NCBI GenBank assembly: GCA_016204995.1
Contig: JACQJR010000001.1
Span: 305,132-369,131, forward strand
Length of the DNA stretch: 64,000 bases
Reading direction: 5' to 3'
Source: Candidatus Microgenomates bacterium
Lineage (GTDB): Bacteria > Patescibacteriota > Microgenomatia > UBA8517 > JACQJR01
Shown here: positions 1 to 10,177 of the stretch, one piece after another
Position numbering within the stretch: position 1 is the stretch's first letter
Layout of the letters: each line of letters starts with the position of its first letter
Position numbers and translations under genes: made by a program
The notes under the pieces: model-generated
What the model saw: only the letters and a program-made list of their open reading frames with translations
Databases searched by the model: none
Told to the model about the DNA's origin: nothing

Positions 1-2
1 CC

Positions 3-356
3 GCCTTGGATTATATTTATAAAAGTAGCCAAAATCAACCTTTTGCTGTTAACGGTCTTACTATTCCTTTAAATATCAATACTACCTGGAGCTATCTTTT
101 TGAATGGTATGGCCAAGCGCAATATCATTATTTACCAGTCTGGGGTGGTGAGGCAGCGGCAGGCTTTAGTGGCAATTTATCAATCATGAATGACCGCTCC
201 AAATTACCATTATTGCAATTTTTAATTATTGAACCAACTGTCGGTATTAAAGAATATGATAAGCAGAAATTTTTCCGGGAGGAAAACTACTTTACTAAAG
301 TGATAGAGGAAAAACAATTTGGCCCTATCACTATCCAACTCCGCCACCGCTTTTAA
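3..356 (+). CDS. C-terminal part of a probable membrane glycosyltransferase-associated protein (5' truncated by the window)
   Basis: The frame is open from the window edge. The sequence (..TTWSYLFEWYG..FLIIEP..) resembles C-termini of CPR GT39/ArnT-like proteins; weak recognition. Confidence 0.4.
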   Translation, partial: ALDYIYKSSQNQPFAVNGLTIPLNINTTWSYLFEWYGQAQYHYLPVWGGEAAAGFSGNLSIMNDRSKLPLLQFLIIEPTVGIKEYDKQKFFREENYFTKVIEEKQFGPITIQLRHRF

Positions 357-369
357 AATCTTTAGCTAG

Positions 370-1815
370 TTATTTAGAAGAAGTTACATTGACAGTAGTC
401 ACAGCACTATTATTAAATTTGTCGTATGCTTTAGCGCTGATAGCATAGGTTGTTCTGGCCCGGGCGGGAACTTTCCAATCGCAGGTGTAATCGGAGATAC
501 TATCAGTGCATTTTAATTCAGAATTAATAGAAAACTCCACTTTACTAATGCCCGAATTATCCAAAGCTGTGACTTTAATGGTCAAGCGAGAATTTTTCTT
601 GACAGTAGTGTTATTAAGAGGGGCGGTAATAACGACAATGGGAGGCGTCGCATCAGAAATAGTTGTCGGTTGAGGGGAAGAAGTAGGGGTAGGCGAGGGA
701 CTGGGAGACGGAGTGGGAGTCGGCGTAGGACTTGGTGTTGGTGAAGGAGTCGACGAGGATGAAACAGCGGGTAATGGCAAGGCTGAATCCGTGATGGCGC
801 TCTGGGGATCAGCCAGATATGCCCACCAATTATTTAATCTATTATCCGGCCCAGTACCGTCTGCCCGAGGCATATGACTATACCACCACTTTAAATATCC
901 TGCCGGGTTACAACCCCAAGTATTACAAGTAACATCATTAAATGTTCCAGTTAAATTAGGATAATCAGTAAAATCTTCGCAGGAAGAAGGAACTGTCCGA
1001 CTGTTGGTCGTCTCATAACCAGTATTACTGCCGGCATTAACTGCCAGATGGGCATTGCCGCAACCACCTCTGCCAGGTACATCAACGTCTAACAGACTAA
1101 ATCTATTCCAAGCATGGGTTTCTTTTGCCTCCCATGAACCATACACATATCTCATGGTGGATTCTAAGCGGTGTCCATAACTCTCCAAGGCCTCGGCCTC
1201 ACCTCTCTCGTAGTTAAAACCCATTACCGGCAATAATTTTTCGCAGGTCGTCCCGCTAGTAGGATTAGAGTTATACCAGAATCCCCCAGGCCCGGCCAGA
1301 TTTGACTCCCAGAAACCAAACCAGGGTCCGCCCCAAAACCAGACTTCATCAATTTCTCCCCGGTTTCTCTTGCCGCAGGCATCGGCCGCCTCCAACATCT
1401 TAACGTAATCTGCTCCGTCCGGACTATGACAATTACTGCCGCCAGAACTGACACAACTCAAATAAGTTTCATCTGTATACTGAAAACCATCATTTTTAAT
1501 GGGGTAACCATCTAACTCCACAGTTTGGGCAATGGTATAGCTTAACTTGCCAGCGCTGGCTGCCGCAAAATCTCCCACTAAAGTTTGACTTAAACTGCTA
1601 GGTTCGTTCCAGCCTTTATAGGCGGTTAATTTTGATCCACCTTGATTTTCTAAAACCGGATTATAAATTAAAAGCAGAACTTTAGGACTAGCGGAAGCGG
1701 CTTGGGAAAAAAGCCTAGTACTTTCGCGAACAGCATTTAAACCAATTACCAATCCTACCAGAAGGATAACTAAAACTAACAGATGAACTACCCCAGACTG
1801 ATACCTCTTAGGCAT
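370..1815 (-). CDS. Surface/secreted protein: N-terminal pilin-like TM anchor, Cys/Trp-rich domain, Pro-Thr/Ser linker, C-terminal bacterial Ig-like domain
   Basis: 481 aa; hydrophobic N-terminus after QSG; (PT/PS)n linker; Ig-like pattern DATPPIVVITAP..ISKVEF..YAISAKAYDKFNN. Confidence 0.75.
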   Translation of the reverse strand: MPKRYQSGVVHLLVLVILLVGLVIGLNAVRESTRLFSQAASASPKVLLLIYNPVLENQGGSKLTAYKGWNEPSSLSQTLVGDFAAASAGKLSYTIAQTVELDGYPIKNDGFQYTDETYLSCVSSGGSNCHSPDGADYVKMLEAADACGKRNRGEIDEVWFWGGPWFGFWESNLAGPGGFWYNSNPTSGTTCEKLLPVMGFNYERGEAEALESYGHRLESTMRYVYGSWEAKETHAWNRFSLLDVDVPGRGGCGNAHLAVNAGSNTGYETTNSRTVPSSCEDFTDYPNLTGTFNDVTCNTWGCNPAGYLKWWYSHMPRADGTGPDNRLNNWWAYLADPQSAITDSALPLPAVSSSSTPSPTPSPTPTPTPSPSPSPTPTSSPQPTTISDATPPIVVITAPLNNTTVKKNSRLTIKVTALDNSGISKVEFSINSELKCTDSISDYTCDWKVPARARTTYAISAKAYDKFNNSAVTTVNVTSSK

Positions 1816-1997
1816 GACCTATAATCCCTAATTTAGGTGTTATTGAATTATAAAACTTTGTCAATAATCAATTTTTCTGGCCGCTTCCTGATCCAGTAAT
1901 TTTTGTTTATCCATACTAAATCTGTATTGGCATATTAACACTTTCTTGGAGATCTCATCAATGGAAGACAACAGTCAGTAAATAGAGTCAAATTAAA

Positions 1998-2708
1998 TCA
2001 GCTTGAAAGAGGATATAATGACTCATACATATCTTTTGCCAACTTAGCGCCCGCACTAGCCCACTCAACCATTGGACCTCCTTCAAGGTTTAAACTGTTG
2101 CGGAATCTACTTTTCTCTCCGGCTATCTGTTTGACTCGCTCTCTGACTAATAACATTCCTGTTCCATCCTCTGATAATAATTGCAAAGCATCGTTCGTAT
2201 CTGTATTCAGATAATCAGCGCTATTTCCTAGAGAAACTCCTGGAATTCCCATAGCTTCTTCTAAAAGGTCATCAACTTCATCGTATGATTTCTGAGCACC
2301 TTCCCGCAGAGCATTTTCTATGTTAGGAACTAGGGATAAAACAGCCTTGAAACCAAAGGATAGATTAAACCAGAAACAAAAAGAAGGAAAATTTCTGACA
2401 AGTAAAGATTCTCTGGCGGTATCCAACATTAATTCTTCTATATTATTCATCAGATACTGAGCACAAAGATTCGGACGGGAAGGAATATAACCTGCAACTT
2501 CCTGAATAGCGACCTTACTCTGCTCTAGCTTTAACTTCGTATTCCCAGAATCATTAGTTATAGCATTGAGTAGATTTTTCCTCAAATTTGGATAAACTCT
2601 ATTGAGAACTCCTTTTCTTTCTTTTTTAGAAAAACCTATTGACTGTGCTACTTCAGCTCTTATTAAACCTAATCTAATATTATCTATTTTCCTAGGATCT
2701 CTTTCCAT
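1998..2708 (-). CDS. Hypothetical protein
   Basis: 236-aa ORF with TATAAT 7 nt upstream of the ATG. Confidence 0.65.
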   Translation of the reverse strand: MERDPRKIDNIRLGLIRAEVAQSIGFSKKERKGVLNRVYPNLRKNLLNAITNDSGNTKLKLEQSKVAIQEVAGYIPSRPNLCAQYLMNNIEELMLDTARESLLVRNFPSFCFWFNLSFGFKAVLSLVPNIENALREGAQKSYDEVDDLLEEAMGIPGVSLGNSADYLNTDTNDALQLLSEDGTGMLLVRERVKQIAGEKSRFRNSLNLEGGPMVEWASAGAKLAKDMYESLYPLSS

Positions 2709-2772
2709 GCGGTAAATTATATCAAAAAACCCTGCGATAACAAAAATGATACGATCGTGGAGAATTTGTTAA

Positions 2773-3003
2773 TTATCTTCTTGCCCTTTTCCAGGTAGAG
2801 ATAATTACATATTCACCGGTAGTAGGATGGTGAGTATAGCCGACACCGATTTCGTAACCATTATATTTTTTAATCATGACTTTCATTCCTGAAGGTAAAG
2901 TTTTAGACTCTCCATGATAAAAAGCATCCAGCGCGTCACTTTCTGACAGCCCCGCCGAACTCATTTTTCGCAAAGTCTTGGAAGGGAAAAACGGCGAAGC
3001 CAT
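2773..3003 (-). CDS. Small hypothetical protein, possibly DUF4258/BrnT-like
   Basis: 76 aa; C-terminal EYVIISTW pattern. Confidence 0.5.
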   Translation of the reverse strand: MASPFFPSKTLRKMSSAGLSESDALDAFYHGESKTLPSGMKVMIKKYNGYEIGVGYTHHPTTGEYVIISTWKRARR

Positions 3004-3039
3004 ATCATATGTATTTTATCATCTTTGGGGATTATGGGA

Positions 3040-3060
3040 ATTACACCTTCGGGGTGGGTT
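3040..3060. repeat. 21-bp direct repeat, copy 1 (ATTACACCTTCGGGGTGGGTT)
   Basis: Exact match to 3731-3751. Confidence 0.9.
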
Positions 3061-3129
3061 GGGATATATCTTACAAAGATATTACATCCTATTGCATAAA
3101 ATCTTACAATAGAAATATATTATTGTTTA

Positions 3130-3675
3130 ATGTCGGCTGAAAATTTATCGGACAAAACAAAGCAATCTCCTGAAGAAGAGACACAGTCTAACTTGCTAGT
3201 TAGAGTTACGCCTGACACTTCTCCCCATAAAAAAATATATACATACAAAAGACTAATTGGCTTCATTGAGGGGACTTTTCTACTGGACGATTCTGGTTAT
3301 GAAGGCGATAGATATTGGGATGGGCAAGATAAAAATGTTCCCGAGCACCATTACAAAAATCAAGAGGATTATGAAATTTCGGTCCAACTAGACAACCAAC
3401 ATAAAGGAAAAAGTGTCAAAGAGGTGTGGGATAGCTTAGCAGATGGCGAAACGCCATTAACATTATTAGAAACGCTTTATTTATTAAAACAGTATCCGCA
3501 AATTATTGATACCTTATCTGATGCACCGCTTCTAGTCCCGGCCACAGAAGCTCTGTATTTTGATATACACGGGTGGTTTCCTTGTATTAGAATAGCAGAG
3601 GGAGGAATATATATTGACTTAGTTACTTCTACTGAAAAAGAAGAAAATTTTAGAATACCAACGCGAAAAATATGA
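3130..3675 (+). CDS. Hypothetical acidic protein flanked by 21-bp direct repeats
   Basis: 181-aa ORF with AT-rich flanks. Confidence 0.65.
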   Translation: MSAENLSDKTKQSPEEETQSNLLVRVTPDTSPHKKIYTYKRLIGFIEGTFLLDDSGYEGDRYWDGQDKNVPEHHYKNQEDYEISVQLDNQHKGKSVKEVWDSLADGETPLTLLETLYLLKQYPQIIDTLSDAPLLVPATEALYFDIHGWFPCIRIAEGGIYIDLVTSTEKEENFRIPTRKI

Positions 3676-3730
3676 TTTTTTATAATGTTCCTCTATTTAT
3701 ATTTATATATGTGATAAAAATAAACCTTCG

Positions 3731-3751
3731 ATTACACCTTCGGGGTGGGTT
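3731..3751. repeat. 21-bp direct repeat, copy 2, abutting the secA stop codon
   Basis: Exact match to 3040-3060. Confidence 0.9.
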
Positions 3752-6413
3752 ACGATGACACCTGGGGATAATGACAGCGTTTCCATTTTTTTCCAGAACC
3801 GCACCAGCAGGGATCATTACGGCCGAGCTTGGAAGAGGCTCTTGGGCTATTGGGCTCTTGGGCTATTGGGGTAAGACCAATATTATCTGATTTATCAATG
3901 TTAGTTTGGATTTGAGAAGACGGTACAACTGACTGCGGCATAGGACCTTGGACATGAACTCGCAGAACCCGACGGATTACCTCACCATCAATTTGGGCCA
4001 TTAATCTTTCAAACATCCCATAAGCCTCTTGTTTATATTCAATTAGCGGATCGCGCTGTCCATAACCGCGCAAACCAATTCCCTCTCGCAAATCATCCAT
4101 GGCATCCAGATGATCCATCCACAAACGGTCAATAGAAGATAAATATGCAAATCTTTCCATTTGCCGCATCACTTCTGGCCCAACCTGACTCTCACGGGTG
4201 TGGTAAACATCGGCGACCACATTATTTAAAAATTCCTCAATCTGCGGCCCGCCAGTTATCTTTTTCAGTTCTGCAAGCAACCGTTTTTGCGAGTCATCAT
4301 CAAACGGCACTAAATCTAAAAACGAGACCAGAATTCCCTCATGATCAACTTTCTCGGTAGTAGCTAGTGTCACAATATTAGTAATTTCGGCAGCAAATTT
4401 TTCTTGCAAATCTTGGCTAACATCTTTTCCTTCCAGAATTTCCCGCCTGGTTTTATAAATAATTTCCCGTTGCTGATTAATCACATCATCATATTCCACC
4501 ACCCGTTTTCTAGCATCAAAATTAAACCCTTCTACTTTAACTTGGGCTTGAGCAATGGCCCGCGATACCAACGGATTTTCAATGGCTTGATCTTCCGGAA
4601 TATTCAGCCGGGTCATCAGTCCTGAAATTTGTTCGCCGCCGAAAATACGCATTAGATCATCTTCTAAAGACAGGTAAAATCTGGAAGAGCCCGGATCACC
4701 CTGTCGGCCAGCCCGACCGCGCAGCTGATTATCAATCCGCCTGGCTTCATGCCGTTCCGTACCAATCACATGCAGTCCACCTAGTTTGACTACTTCCTCG
4801 TGTTCCTTCTGCCAATTTTGAATTTTGAATTTTGAATTTTGAATTTCCTCGATTGGCGTACCACCGAGGATGATATCAACGCCGCGACCGGCCATATTAG
4901 TAGCCACTGTCACCGCTCCGCGCCTCCCGGCTTGAGCCAAAATTTCTGCTTCACGCTCGTGCTGTTTGGCATTTAAAACTTCATGGGGGATTTTCTTACG
5001 TTTCAAAAGGTCAGAGACAATTTCATTTTTCTCAATAGAAGTCGTACCCACCAACACCGGCCGGCCGGCTTTGTGCATTTCTTCAATTTCTCCGGCCACA
5101 GCGCTGTATTTAGCCCGTAAAGTTTTATAAATTGAGTCCGAATGGTCGCGTCTAATCATGGCCCGATGAGTGGGGATGACCAACACATCCAGTTTATAAA
5201 TTTTGTGAAATTCTTCTGCTTCAGTTAAAGCCGTCCCGGTCATACCAGCCAGCCGCTCATATAACCTAAAATAATTTTGAAAGGTAATAGTAGCTAAAGT
5301 CCTGGTTTCCTGCTGAATTTGCACCCCTTCTTTGGCTTCCACTGCTTGGTGCAAGCCATCACTCCATCTGCGGCCGACCATCAACCGACCAGTAAATTCA
5401 TCCACAATAATCACCTGCCCATCGCGAATAACATAATCACGATCCTGTAAATAAAGAGCTCTGGCCCGCAAAGCATTTTCCAAATGATGAATAGTTTCAA
5501 AATCATGTTCATATAAATTACTGACGCCTAAAATTTTCTCTACCTTACTAATGCCATGTTCAGTCAAATGAGCCGTTCTGCTTTTCTCATCAATTTTATA
5601 GTCAGTATCGGCTGATAATTTTTCAATTAGCTGGGCATGCTCATAATATTTTCTGGTTGGCTCGGTATCAGGGGCGGAAATAATTAAAGGAGTCCGAGCC
5701 TCATCAATTAAGATAGAATCTACCTCGTCCACAATTGCAAAATGGCGGCCGCGGCTGACCACTTCGGAAAGATCTTGGGCCATATTGTCCCGCAAATAAT
5801 CAAAACCAAATTCATTATTAGTACCGTAAACAATATCGGCTGCGTAAGCTTCTTTGCGGGTAACTGGCTTGAGACGGGCCAGACGTTTATCCCCATGTGA
5901 AGTATCGTTATATTCTGCGTCATAGATAAAAGAATGACCTTCTTGGATAATGACTCCTACCTTCATACCAAGAAGGTGAAAAATCGGCCCCATCCAGCCA
6001 GCATCGCGGCGGGCTAGATAATCATTGACGGTGACTAAATGAACACCGCCGCCGGATAAAGCATGCAGATATAAAGCGGGAACGGCTGATAAAGTCTTAC
6101 CCTCCCCGGTTTTCTGTTCGGCCACTTTACCTTCAAATAAAGCAGCCCCTGCCATCAGCTGAACATCATAATGACGCAGACCAATGGCCCGAACTGATGC
6201 TTCCCTAACAAGAGCAAAAGCCTCCGGTAATAAATCACTAGGCAAGGCACTGGCTGCCACTTTTTCTTTTAAAGCCGCAGTTTTAGCCGCAAAATCTTTG
6301 TCTTTAAGCTTTTTTACATCCTTCTCAAGACTATTAATCACCTCAACGATTTTACTTAAGCGACCAACTTCACCCCGACTGGGATCAAATAATTTGCCAA
6401 TTTTGGAAAACAT
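3750..6413 (-). CDS. secA: Preprotein translocase ATPase SecA
   Basis: KTGEGKT, DEVDSILIDEARTPLIIS, TNMAGRGVDI, C-terminal SEC-C GRNDPCWCGSGKKWKRCH. Confidence 0.99.
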   Translation of the reverse strand: MFSKIGKLFDPSRGEVGRLSKIVEVINSLEKDVKKLKDKDFAAKTAALKEKVAASALPSDLLPEAFALVREASVRAIGLRHYDVQLMAGAALFEGKVAEQKTGEGKTLSAVPALYLHALSGGGVHLVTVNDYLARRDAGWMGPIFHLLGMKVGVIIQEGHSFIYDAEYNDTSHGDKRLARLKPVTRKEAYAADIVYGTNNEFGFDYLRDNMAQDLSEVVSRGRHFAIVDEVDSILIDEARTPLIISAPDTEPTRKYYEHAQLIEKLSADTDYKIDEKSRTAHLTEHGISKVEKILGVSNLYEHDFETIHHLENALRARALYLQDRDYVIRDGQVIIVDEFTGRLMVGRRWSDGLHQAVEAKEGVQIQQETRTLATITFQNYFRLYERLAGMTGTALTEAEEFHKIYKLDVLVIPTHRAMIRRDHSDSIYKTLRAKYSAVAGEIEEMHKAGRPVLVGTTSIEKNEIVSDLLKRKKIPHEVLNAKQHEREAEILAQAGRRGAVTVATNMAGRGVDIILGGTPIEEIQNSKFKIQNWQKEHEEVVKLGGLHVIGTERHEARRIDNQLRGRAGRQGDPGSSRFYLSLEDDLMRIFGGEQISGLMTRLNIPEDQAIENPLVSRAIAQAQVKVEGFNFDARKRVVEYDDVINQQREIIYKTRREILEGKDVSQDLQEKFAAEITNIVTLATTEKVDHEGILVSFLDLVPFDDDSQKRLLAELKKITGGPQIEEFLNNVVADVYHTRESQVGPEVMRQMERFAYLSSIDRLWMDHLDAMDDLREGIGLRGYGQRDPLIEYKQEAYGMFERLMAQIDGEVIRRVLRVHVQGPMPQSVVPSSQIQTNIDKSDNIGLTPIAQEPNSPRASSKLGRNDPCWCGSGKKWKRCHYPQVSS
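3837..3870 (-). repeat. In-frame octamer array (CAATAGCC/CAAGAGCC) in the secA C-terminal linker
   Basis: Plus strand ggct-cttgggct-attgggct-cttgggct-attggg; encodes PIAQEPNSPRA. Confidence 0.85.
4814..4846 (-). repeat. In-frame heptamer array in secA
   Basis: (aattttg)x4 + aattt; encodes IQNSKFKIQN. Confidence 0.95.
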
Positions 6414-6445
6414 ATTGAGGTTTCTACAATTATAACATTCCTAGG

Positions 6446-8257
6446 CTATTCTACATATCCTTTAGCCTGTAACTTAAACATTCGGGCGTAAACTCCTTTT
6501 TGAGCAAGAAGTGCTTTATGAGTTCCACTTTCAATAATTTCTCCGCCTCTCACCACCAAAATTTTATCAGCATTCCTAACCGTAGAAAAACGATGGGAAA
6601 CGAAAATTAAAGTTTTGGTCTTATAAAGTTTGTGCAAATTATTAAAAATTTCATACTCCGCTTCAGCGTCAATGGCACTGGTTGGCTCATCCAGAATCAA
6701 AACCGGCGCTCCTTCATAAAAGGCCCGGGCGATGGCCAACTTTTGCCATTCGCCAATGGATAATTCCACTCCGCCTTCAAATTGCCGCCCTAATTGTTGA
6801 TCAAATTTATCAGGCAGTTTTTCAATAAATCCAACCGCACCACTGGCCTCAACCGCCTCTTCAAAACGTCCTTTATGAAACTCGCTTCCCATTAAGATAT
6901 AATCGCGAGGTGTAAATTCGTAATGAGTAAATTCCTGAAAAAGGGTGCTTAACATTTGATATAAATCCCGCCGTGAGATATCTTTAATATTGACGTCGTT
7001 AAATATAATTTCGCCGGAGGTCACATCATAAAATCGGCACAACAATTTCACAATTGTGGTTTTGCCAGCGCCGTTTGGTCCGACTAAGGCCACATTTTCT
7101 CCCGGCTCAATTATAAAAGAAGTATCTTTTAGAACTAAATTCGTACTCCCCGGATAAGCAAATGAGACATCTTTAAATTCTACTCGCGGCGGCTGATTTT
7201 TTAACTTCATCGCGATAGGGCTGACTGGCTCATTAATAACCGGTGTCAAATTAATTACTTTATAGTAATTATCCACATACAAATTATTTTCATAAAGTTC
7301 GCCCAAATCAGTAATCATCCCGGAAACACTATTAGCCACCCGATCTAAAATACTGATAAAAAAGGTAAAAGTACCAATGCTCATCTCTCCAGAAAGAACG
7401 TGGGGCAGACGCCAATAGGCAAAAATAAAAATCACTCCTATTTGTAAAATTTCCGGAAAGTAGGCAAACTTGATAAAATTGGCTACCGGCTTTTTGTAAA
7501 CGTTATAAAGATGGTCCTGTAAAGACTTAAAGCGATCCAAAAAAACTTTTTGTGATTGTGACAAATGCATCTCTGCCACGGTATTTTTATTAGCCATCAG
7601 CCAGCGCAAATACCAAAGCTTCTTCACTTCCGGCGTAGCAGTGTCATAAATTGACCATTCAATTTTGCCGTATTTAGTGCGCAGATAAAGTTTGGGCAAA
7701 GCCGCCAAACTAATTAATAAAGGAATAAACCAGCCGAAGGGTATTAAAATTAACAAAGAGGCCGCAAAAGATACTACATTATTAAATAAATCAGCTAGCC
7801 TTTGTAAAAAATTCGACTGGCGCCAGAAAGTGTCTAGCGTTTTGGTGACCAAATTATTGGTCTCGGGATTTTCCAGATGGGCTATATCAAGGCTGGAAAT
7901 TTTTTGAAAAAGGGTAAAGCTAAGAGCATTTTGGATTTTATTGCGAAATAGATTGCCAAAATAGGTATTTTTTAAACCCCACATGACAAAATCCCAGGTT
8001 AAGTTAGATAAATACATCCCGCCTAATAAGGCAATCACTACCAGTGGTACTGTCGGGGCAATGCCGCCAGAACCAATGATTGAGTCTATGGTTAACTTGT
8101 AAATGTAACTGGATAAAATCGGGAAGAAAGCTCCCAATATGGATAAGCCATAAAAACCAATCACCAGTTTTTTATCCGACTTGTAAGCAAAAACCACTAG
8201 TCGCCCCAAATTCTTCACCACCTGCCCAATCGGAGAAAGAAAAGAAAATTTATTCAT
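6446..8257 (-). CDS. ABC exporter, fused permease/ATPase
   Basis: N-terminal TM helices; Walker A GPNGAGKT; LSIGEWQK signature; ILDEPTS. Confidence 0.95.
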   Translation of the reverse strand: MNKFSFLSPIGQVVKNLGRLVVFAYKSDKKLVIGFYGLSILGAFFPILSSYIYKLTIDSIIGSGGIAPTVPLVVIALLGGMYLSNLTWDFVMWGLKNTYFGNLFRNKIQNALSFTLFQKISSLDIAHLENPETNNLVTKTLDTFWRQSNFLQRLADLFNNVVSFAASLLILIPFGWFIPLLISLAALPKLYLRTKYGKIEWSIYDTATPEVKKLWYLRWLMANKNTVAEMHLSQSQKVFLDRFKSLQDHLYNVYKKPVANFIKFAYFPEILQIGVIFIFAYWRLPHVLSGEMSIGTFTFFISILDRVANSVSGMITDLGELYENNLYVDNYYKVINLTPVINEPVSPIAMKLKNQPPRVEFKDVSFAYPGSTNLVLKDTSFIIEPGENVALVGPNGAGKTTIVKLLCRFYDVTSGEIIFNDVNIKDISRRDLYQMLSTLFQEFTHYEFTPRDYILMGSEFHKGRFEEAVEASGAVGFIEKLPDKFDQQLGRQFEGGVELSIGEWQKLAIARAFYEGAPVLILDEPTSAIDAEAEYEIFNNLHKLYKTKTLIFVSHRFSTVRNADKILVVRGGEIIESGTHKALLAQKGVYARMFKLQAKGYVE

Positions 8258-8274
8258 GACTGTTTAAGTATAAG

Positions 8275-8292
8275 CCTGCCTGCGCAGGCAGG
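8275..8292. repeat. 18-bp perfect palindrome CCTGCCTGCGCAGGCAGG (intergenic copy)
   Basis: Self-complementary; identical to 39366-39383. Confidence 0.95.
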
Positions 8293-8318
8293 TCTAGTAA
8301 GAAGTTAAAAGAAGACTA

Positions 8319-9605
8319 TTACTTTCTAGGTCTAATCTCGGCAAAGCCGGTGTATTTTTGCAGAACTTGGGGGATTTTAACCGAACCATCCTCTTGTTGA
8401 TAATTTTCCAAGATGGCAATTATGGTGCGACCAATAGCCAAAGCTGTACCGTTTAAAATATGAACATATTTTTTCTCATTAGCATTGGTACCTGCCTGCG
8501 CAGGCTTGTCTGCGCCAGCAGGCAGGTATTTAATATTTAATCTTCTTGCTTGAAAATCACCCGTGGTAGAAATAGAATGAGTTTCTCTGTATTTATCCTG
8601 CGAAGGAATCCAAGTTTCAATATCAATCGTCTCGGCTGCAGGAATTGACAGATCGCCGCTCGCAAGTTTTACTACTTGATAGGGTAGTCCCAAAGCTTGC
8701 ATAAATCCTTCTGATATTGCGAGCAACTTTCTTCTTTCTACTTCATCGTCATCTGGTTTAACAAAGGCCACCATTTCTACTTTATCAAATTGATGCACCC
8801 GTAAAATTCCTTTGGTGTCTTTGCCATAAGAACCAGCCTCTCTTCTAAAACATGGCGAAAAAGCGGCATATTTTTTCGGCAATTCTCGTGCCTCCAAGGT
8901 CTCTCCTTGGAGCATCGGCACCACTGCATGTTCGCCAGTTCCCACCAGATATAAACCTTGCTCGTTTTCTTCCAGATCCATCACCAGATAATAATTTTCA
9001 TTACCGCCGCCTTGCCAATACCCCAAACCTTCGGTGATTTCTTTTTTAATTAAGGCTGGTGGAATAACAGGAGAAAATCCTTCCTTTACTAATGTTTCCA
9101 TGGCGAAATTGACGAGAGCCAGCTCTAGCATCACTCCTTCATTTTTCAGATAGCCAAATCTGCTGCCGGAAACTTTAGCAGCGCGCTCTATATCAATAAT
9201 ATCCAGCATTTCTCCCAGCTCCACATGATCCCGCACCTTAAAATTTAATTTTTTTGGCTCTCCCACCGTTCTTAAAACTTCATTTTTTGATTCATCGCCT
9301 TCTGGTACGCCTTCAGCCGGCAGATTAGGAAGGGAAGTAAGTAAATTGTTAAATTCCTGCTCAATAATAGCTAATGCTTCTTCCTTTTTACCTAATTGAG
9401 CTTTAATTAATTTCCCTTTTTCAATATCTTTATTCTTGGCTGCCTGATTTCTCTGCGCCCGCAGTTCTTCTACCTCTTGCAAAAGTTCCCGATATTGTTT
9501 ATCGGCCATTAATGTCTGATCCACCAATTTTATATCGCATCCCTTGGCCGAGATACCCTTTTTAACTTTTTCCGGATTTTCTCTGATGTAATTAATATCT
9601 AGCAT
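8319..9605 (-). CDS. serS: Serine--tRNA ligase (with a 12-aa palindrome-derived insertion)
   Basis: MLDINYIREN start, FRREAGSYGKDTKGILRVHQFDKVE, HILNGTALAIGR. Confidence 0.98.
   Translation of the reverse strand: MLDINYIRENPEKVKKGISAKGCDIKLVDQTLMADKQYRELLQEVEELRAQRNQAAKNKDIEKGKLIKAQLGKKEEALAIIEQEFNNLLTSLPNLPAEGVPEGDESKNEVLRTVGEPKKLNFKVRDHVELGEMLDIIDIERAAKVSGSRFGYLKNEGVMLELALVNFAMETLVKEGFSPVIPPALIKKEITEGLGYWQGGGNENYYLVMDLEENEQGLYLVGTGEHAVVPMLQGETLEARELPKKYAAFSPCFRREAGSYGKDTKGILRVHQFDKVEMVAFVKPDDDEVERRKLLAISEGFMQALGLPYQVVKLASGDLSIPAAETIDIETWIPSQDKYRETHSISTTGDFQARRLNIKYLPAGADKPAQAGTNANEKKYVHILNGTALAIGRTIIAILENYQQEDGSVKIPQVLQKYTGFAEIRPRK
8491..8526. repeat. 36-bp palindromic element inserted in frame in serS
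   Basis: CCTGCCTGC + 18 nt + GCAGGCAGG. Confidence 0.9.
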
Positions 9606-9607
9606 AA

Positions 9608-10177
9608 CTACAAACCTAATTCTGTGGAAATTCCTTGCATGGATTCCAGCGTAATTTTAATAAATTCCGGCAGGGGAATACCAAGTTTTTCTTGGCACAT
9701 CTTGATTTGCTCCCGATCAACCCCGGCGGCAAATGAATTTTGGTTAAATTTTTTCTGAACTGATTCTAACGTTACCGAAGAAAGTTTCTTCTCCGGCTGT
9801 ACCAGAGCGGCTGCCACGATTAAGCCGGTTAATTCATCCACGCAATAAACTGACCACGATAAGTTATCAGAAGGTTCTGCCGAACCGTTACGGGAATAAT
9901 TATGACCGGCAATAGCGGCAAATATCTCTTGGTCTGTCTCACCTGCTGCCTTTAACCATTCCACCGTTTTTAGTCCATGTTGTGCGACATCATCCTTAGT
10001 TTCTTCATAATCAGCATCATGCAACAAACCGACAATACCCCATTTGTCCATATCAGTTTCACCAAAATGACCAGCCAAAGCTTTCATCGCCGCCTCAACT
10101 GCCAAACCATGCCGCCGCAAATTAGGATTTTGAATATGCTCGTGCAATATTTTCAGTGCTTTATCCCTGATTATCAT
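9608..10177 (-). CDS. HD (HDIG) domain phosphohydrolase
   Basis: NLRRHGLAVE..GLLHDADYE..DELTGLIVAAALV..FAAGVDRE. Confidence 0.9.
   Translation of the reverse strand: MIIRDKALKILHEHIQNPNLRRHGLAVEAAMKALAGHFGETDMDKWGIVGLLHDADYEETKDDVAQHGLKTVEWLKAAGETDQEIFAAIAGHNYSRNGSAEPSDNLSWSVYCVDELTGLIVAAALVQPEKKLSSVTLESVQKKFNQNSFAAGVDREQIKMCQEKLGIPLPEFIKITLESMQGISTELGL

Noticed and set aside
680-750. Pro-Thr/Pro-Ser repeats here and at ~35480-35620 as a DNA repeat element
   Set aside because: The codons vary; these are ordinary low-complexity protein linkers.
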